Source: Nannocystis bainbridge (GTDB lineage: Bacteria > Myxococcota_A > Polyangia > Nannocystales > Nannocystaceae). Taken from it: DNA of 64,000 bases. The position numbers were made by a program, and so were the translations under genes. The DNA lies in assembly GCF_028368995.1 (NCBI RefSeq), contig NZ_JAQNDL010000001.1, positions 2,176,001 through 2,240,000 of the forward strand. The letters run 5' to 3'. The notes below the pieces were generated by a model. It ran no database searches and was not told the origin of the DNA. It saw nothing but the letters and a program-made list of their open reading frames with translations. Below, one piece after another: positions 61,705 to 64,000 of the stretch (within the stretch, counting starts at the first letter, position 1; each line of letters opens with the position of its first letter).

Positions 61705-61821
61705 TTAAGTCAGCGCAAGCAGCTTCTTCTGCAGCCTGCGGACCGAGCGCGGCGCCGTCATCAGGTAGTACACGCCGGTCAGCACGTAGAGGGGCAGCTT
61801 GGAAGCATTGGGGGGGGTCAT
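61705..61821 (-). CDS. Putative 38-aa small membrane-associated protein
   Basis: GGAG RBS; MTPPNASKLPLYVLTGVYYLMTAPRSVRRLQKKLLALT; mostly GC3 codons. Confidence 0.4.
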   Translation of the reverse strand: MTPPNASKLPLYVLTGVYYLMTAPRSVRRLQKKLLALT

Positions 61822-62056
61822 GGCACGTTCTCCGCGATAAGGTCTGCGTCTTTGTAGCGGCGGGGGGCCGCGTGTCGGATCACTCGATGTCCGACACCGT
61901 TTCGATCTCGCACATCTCGGTGCTCTCTTGCAGATCACGCACCGAGATGGCGATCCGACCTCTGCGAAACGCATCGCATTCCTGTGAGATTCCGTCGCGA
62001 CAATTTGTCCGCCCGCGGTGACGGACGGCGCCGCTGGCGGCCAATTTATCTGGCTG

Positions 62057-63469
62057 TCAGGACATGCTCGGAGAGACAGGTACTCGCGGGCGCCCGGGGA
62101 ACATCGCTTCGACCTCGCGCGCGACCGCCAGCACCCGATCCTCGCGGCCGAGCGGGCCGACCAGCTGGACCGCGATCGGCAGGCCCTCGCGGGAGCTCGC
62201 CACCGGCAGCGCCACCGCCGGCTGACCGGTGACGTTGAACGGCGCCGTGAACGCCCCGTAGACCGCGTAGGCGCGGAACACCGCCTCGCCGTCGGGTCCG
62301 CGCCACGCCCCGATCGGCGGCGGAGGTCCCACCACTGCGGGCGTCAGCACCAACTCGGCGTCACCGACCCACGCCAGCACCCGCTCGCGCAGCGCCTCGA
62401 ACGCCGCGTGGGCCAGCGCCGGCGAGTTGCGGCGACCGGCCTCGACGAGCCAGCGCGTCGCCGGCTGCAGCCGGTCCGCCCGCACCCACGGCACCTCGGA
62501 CAGGAGGCGCTGGTAGATCGGCAAGAAATCGTCGACCGACCCCCGCGCCATCTCGACCTCCTCGACGCGGTGGCCCGCGCCGGCGAGCGCCTCGCCGACG
62601 GACCGCGTCGCCGCGGCCCACTCTGGCGCGGCGGCGGCCAGCGGCGAGTCGACCGCCAGCTTGATCCGCAGGCGCGGCGACGGCTCCAGCATCTGTCCGT
62701 AAGGACATGGCGGAGGGGACAGCCAGTGCGGCCGCCCGACGGTGAGCCCGGCCATCACGTCGAGCAGCGCCGTCGCGTCGGCGACCGAGCGCGCCAGCGG
62801 CCCGCAGGTGTAGAGCAGCGTGCGGTCGTCGCGACCGAACGCGTTGGCGACCCGCCCGCGCGACGGCTTGAGGCCGACGAGGCCGCAGAACGCGGAGGGG
62901 ATCCGGATCGAGCCGGCGCCGTCGCTGCCCTGGGCCCACGGCAGCAGGCCAGCGGCGACCGCCGCGCCCGAGCCCCCGCTCGAGCCGCCGGCCGTGCGCG
63001 CCGGGTCCCACGGGTTGCGCGTCGGCGGGTGCGTGTCAGGCTCCGTCACCGGCAGCGCCCCGAGCTCCGACGTCGCCAGCTTGCCGAGCACCACGAGGCC
63101 CGCCGCGCGCAGCTTGGCCACCGTCGCGTCGTCGATCGGCGAGTACAGCGGCAGCACCCCGCGCGAGCCCATGCGGGTCCGCGAGCCGCGGACGAAATTG
63201 AGGTCCTTGACGCCGATCGGCACCCCGAGCAGGGGCGGGACCGAGTCGAGCGCGCCGCGCCGCGCCGCGCGGTCGAGCGCATCGTCGGCGGCCCGGGCCG
63301 CTCGCCGCGCCCGCGCGTCGAACACCGACACGAAGGCCGACAGCGCGGGGTTGTGCGCGGCGATACGGTCCAGGTACAGCGCGACGAGCTCCTGGCTGCG
63401 GATCTCGCGGCGCCGCAACAGGCGCGCCTGTTCCAGGCCAGACACGTGGAGGAGCTCGGCGAGCGACAT
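62057..63469 (-). CDS. Amidase-signature family amidase
   Basis: GVPIGVKD, TRNPW, GGSSGGSG, GSDGAGSIRIP, GLKPSRG. Confidence 0.95.
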   Translation of the reverse strand: MSLAELLHVSGLEQARLLRRREIRSQELVALYLDRIAAHNPALSAFVSVFDARARRAARAADDALDRAARRGALDSVPPLLGVPIGVKDLNFVRGSRTRMGSRGVLPLYSPIDDATVAKLRAAGLVVLGKLATSELGALPVTEPDTHPPTRNPWDPARTAGGSSGGSGAAVAAGLLPWAQGSDGAGSIRIPSAFCGLVGLKPSRGRVANAFGRDDRTLLYTCGPLARSVADATALLDVMAGLTVGRPHWLSPPPCPYGQMLEPSPRLRIKLAVDSPLAAAAPEWAAATRSVGEALAGAGHRVEEVEMARGSVDDFLPIYQRLLSEVPWVRADRLQPATRWLVEAGRRNSPALAHAAFEALRERVLAWVGDAELVLTPAVVGPPPPIGAWRGPDGEAVFRAYAVYGAFTAPFNVTGQPAVALPVASSREGLPIAVQLVGPLGREDRVLAVAREVEAMFPGRPRVPVSPSMS

Positions 63470-63611
63470 CGGCCGCGCAGTCTTGCGCCGCCGGTCGCCG
63501 CGAAGCAAGCCCCGAACCTCGCGGAAGCGAGCCCCAGAGCCCCTCCGAGCGGCCATTGTGCTCCCGACGCGGCTTGGGTTAGCGTGACCACGGGGAACGG
63601 GGAGGGCACCG

Positions 63612-63842
63612 ATGGTCCCGCGTGGGGATAGGAAAAGCGCGAAGCCTCGCTCAGACAACGCCGCGGCGCTCGACCTGCTCACGGTCGACGAGGTCGCGAC
63701 CATGCTCAAGACCAGCCGCAAGGCCATCTATCACCGCATCAGCCGCGGCCAGATCCCGTCTGTGAGGCTCGGACGCAGCGTCTTCATCCGCCGCAGCGAC
63801 CTCGCCGCCTGCCTCGTGCCCGGCGCCTTCAACGACCCCTGA
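63612..63842 (+). CDS. Excisionase-like helix-turn-helix DNA-binding protein
   Basis: LLTVDEVATMLKTSRKAIYHRISRGQIPSVRLGRSVFIRRSDL. Confidence 0.85.
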   Translation: MVPRGDRKSAKPRSDNAAALDLLTVDEVATMLKTSRKAIYHRISRGQIPSVRLGRSVFIRRSDLAACLVPGAFNDP

Positions 63843-63894
63843 GCAGCCCACCACGCGGCGCGCCAGGGCCTCCCCCACGCCCCTGGCGCGCGCC

Positions 63895-64000
63895 TCACTT
63901 GCCGCGGGTCAGGTGCAGGCGGACCACCTGCAGCGTCGCCGTGAAGCCGCCGCAGCTGTCGCCCGCGCACACCTGCCACGCGCCCGGGGCCGCCGAGCCG
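63895..64000 (-). CDS. 3' end of a gene entering from outside the window, possibly a proprotein-convertase P-domain
   Basis: ...GSAAPGAWQVCAGDSCGGFTATLQVVRLHLTRGK-stop. Confidence 0.5.
   Translation of the reverse strand, partial: GSAAPGAWQVCAGDSCGGFTATLQVVRLHLTRGK

Overview
Very GC-rich bacterial chromosomal DNA. It is most likely from a myxobacterium of the Nannocystis/Plesiocystis type, inferred from the many Ser/Thr-linker, Cys-rich lipoproteins. About 55 genes are present. The dcw cell-wall cluster is scattered in four pieces (murE; rsmH-ftsL-ftsI; murF; mraY-murD). Other loci include lysA, ribA, msrA, egtB-egtD, a sugar-metabolism block (ASRT-ribokinase-GH65-LLM, divergent Gfo/Idh/MocA), a guanidine-III riboswitch with gdx/sugE, a WYL regulator, and a small lower-GC island containing gene fragments. 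Two things stand out. (1) A 14-bp palindrome, TGTCC-N4-GGACA, pervades the window. It occurs singly inside genes, often at the cost of rare codons, and as gap-free head-to-tail arrays of 3-7 units with an exact 14-bp period, mostly at gene 3' ends. It looks like an undescribed chromosome-wide protein-binding or organising site. (2) A Fur-boxed, aerobactin-like siderophore cluster (IucA fused to an acyltransferase, IucC, IucD, PepSY-TM) has a separately Fur-boxed carboxyl-methyltransferase. This fits nannochelin-type methyl-ester siderophores, and the block is bracketed by a 17-bp direct repeat. All calls were made by eye, with no database searches.
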